5,613 nt of DNA from PVC group bacterium (GTDB lineage: Bacteria > GCA-001730085 > JADFSZ01), in assembly GCA_022560555.1 (NCBI GenBank), contig JADFSZ010000121.1, positions 1 through 5,613 of the forward strand, in the 5' to 3' direction. The notes below the pieces were generated by a model, which worked only from the letters and a program-made list of their open reading frames with translations, was not told the origin of the DNA and did not search any database. This document shows, in pieces, positions 5,473 to 5,613 of the stretch (position 1 is its first letter; each line of letters starts with the position of its first letter). The position numbers and the translations under genes are program-made.

Positions 5473-5613
5473 ATCCTGCCTTAAAGAGTTGTTCCAAAAT
5501 CAATTTTATGGAATTCTATCCTATGAGCATGGAAATGGCCGAAGTGTGTATGAACTAGCCGAGGGGATGATAAAAGGCGGTATTCGAATACTTCAATATC
5601 GTGAAAAGATTCG
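5447..5613 (+). CDS. thiE: Thiamine-phosphate synthase ThiE, N-terminal fragment that continues beyond the window. An alternative in-frame start is the ATG at 5414.
   Basis: Frame 2 is open from 5402 to the window end and reads MKSQALESKSCLKELFQNQFYGILSYEHGNGRSVYELAEGMIKGGIRILQYREKI. The LYxI(T/L) and GG(V/I)xxxQ(L/Y)REK motifs are characteristic of the ThiE N-terminus. This ORF is not in the supplied track because it has no stop inside the window. Confidence 0.7.
   Translation, partial: MKSQALESKSCLKELFQNQFYGILSYEHGNGRSVYELAEGMIKGGIRILQYREKI

Noticed and set aside
5508-5558. The ATG at 5508 (ATGGAATTC...) as the start of the downstream gene.
   Set aside because: This frame hits TAG at 5556-5558 after 16 codons. 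The ThiE-like GGIRILQYREK motif is in a different frame, which opens at 5402.
1-5613. A search for CRISPR repeats, tRNA or rRNA, integrase or transposase genes, toxin-antitoxin pairs or defence-system genes.
   Set aside because: I saw no regularly spaced repeats, no cloverleaf-like or rRNA-like segments, and no ORFs with such motifs. Every ORF of 98 aa or more on the coding strand is accounted for by the cys, arsR-like or thi functions.

Overview
All supported genes lie on the + strand and encode sulfur and cofactor metabolism, in a moderately AT-rich bacterial sequence. In order: (1) the 3' part of cysD, which runs off the left edge. (2) A cysN-type GTPase fused to a short, apparently degenerate APS-kinase-like C-terminal domain. 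(3) A G-poor 152-nt spacer. (4) A stand-alone 98-aa Cys-free ArsR/SmtB-type winged-helix regulator with its own sigma70-like promoter and an essentially leaderless start. (5) A second sigma70-like promoter, a canonical TPP (THI-box) riboswitch and an intrinsic terminator. (6) thiS-thiG-thiH-thiE, with thiE running off the right edge. I see no rRNA, tRNA, CRISPR array, transposase or integrase. I also see no convincing evidence of a wholly new multi-gene system, because every large ORF has a clear core-metabolism identity. Four observations deserve a second look. First, a 22-nt inverted repeat (21/22 identical) brackets the regulator gene and carries a perfect 8-2-8 palindrome over the regulator's own -35. 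Second, the kinase-like tail of CysN lacks the catalytic motifs. Third, the CysD/CysN pair looks divergent and EF-1alpha-like. Fourth, a sulfate-activation operon sits directly beside a ThiS sulfur-carrier operon, and no thiF is visible. All homology statements come from reading motifs by eye and from remembered family sequences. No database search was run.
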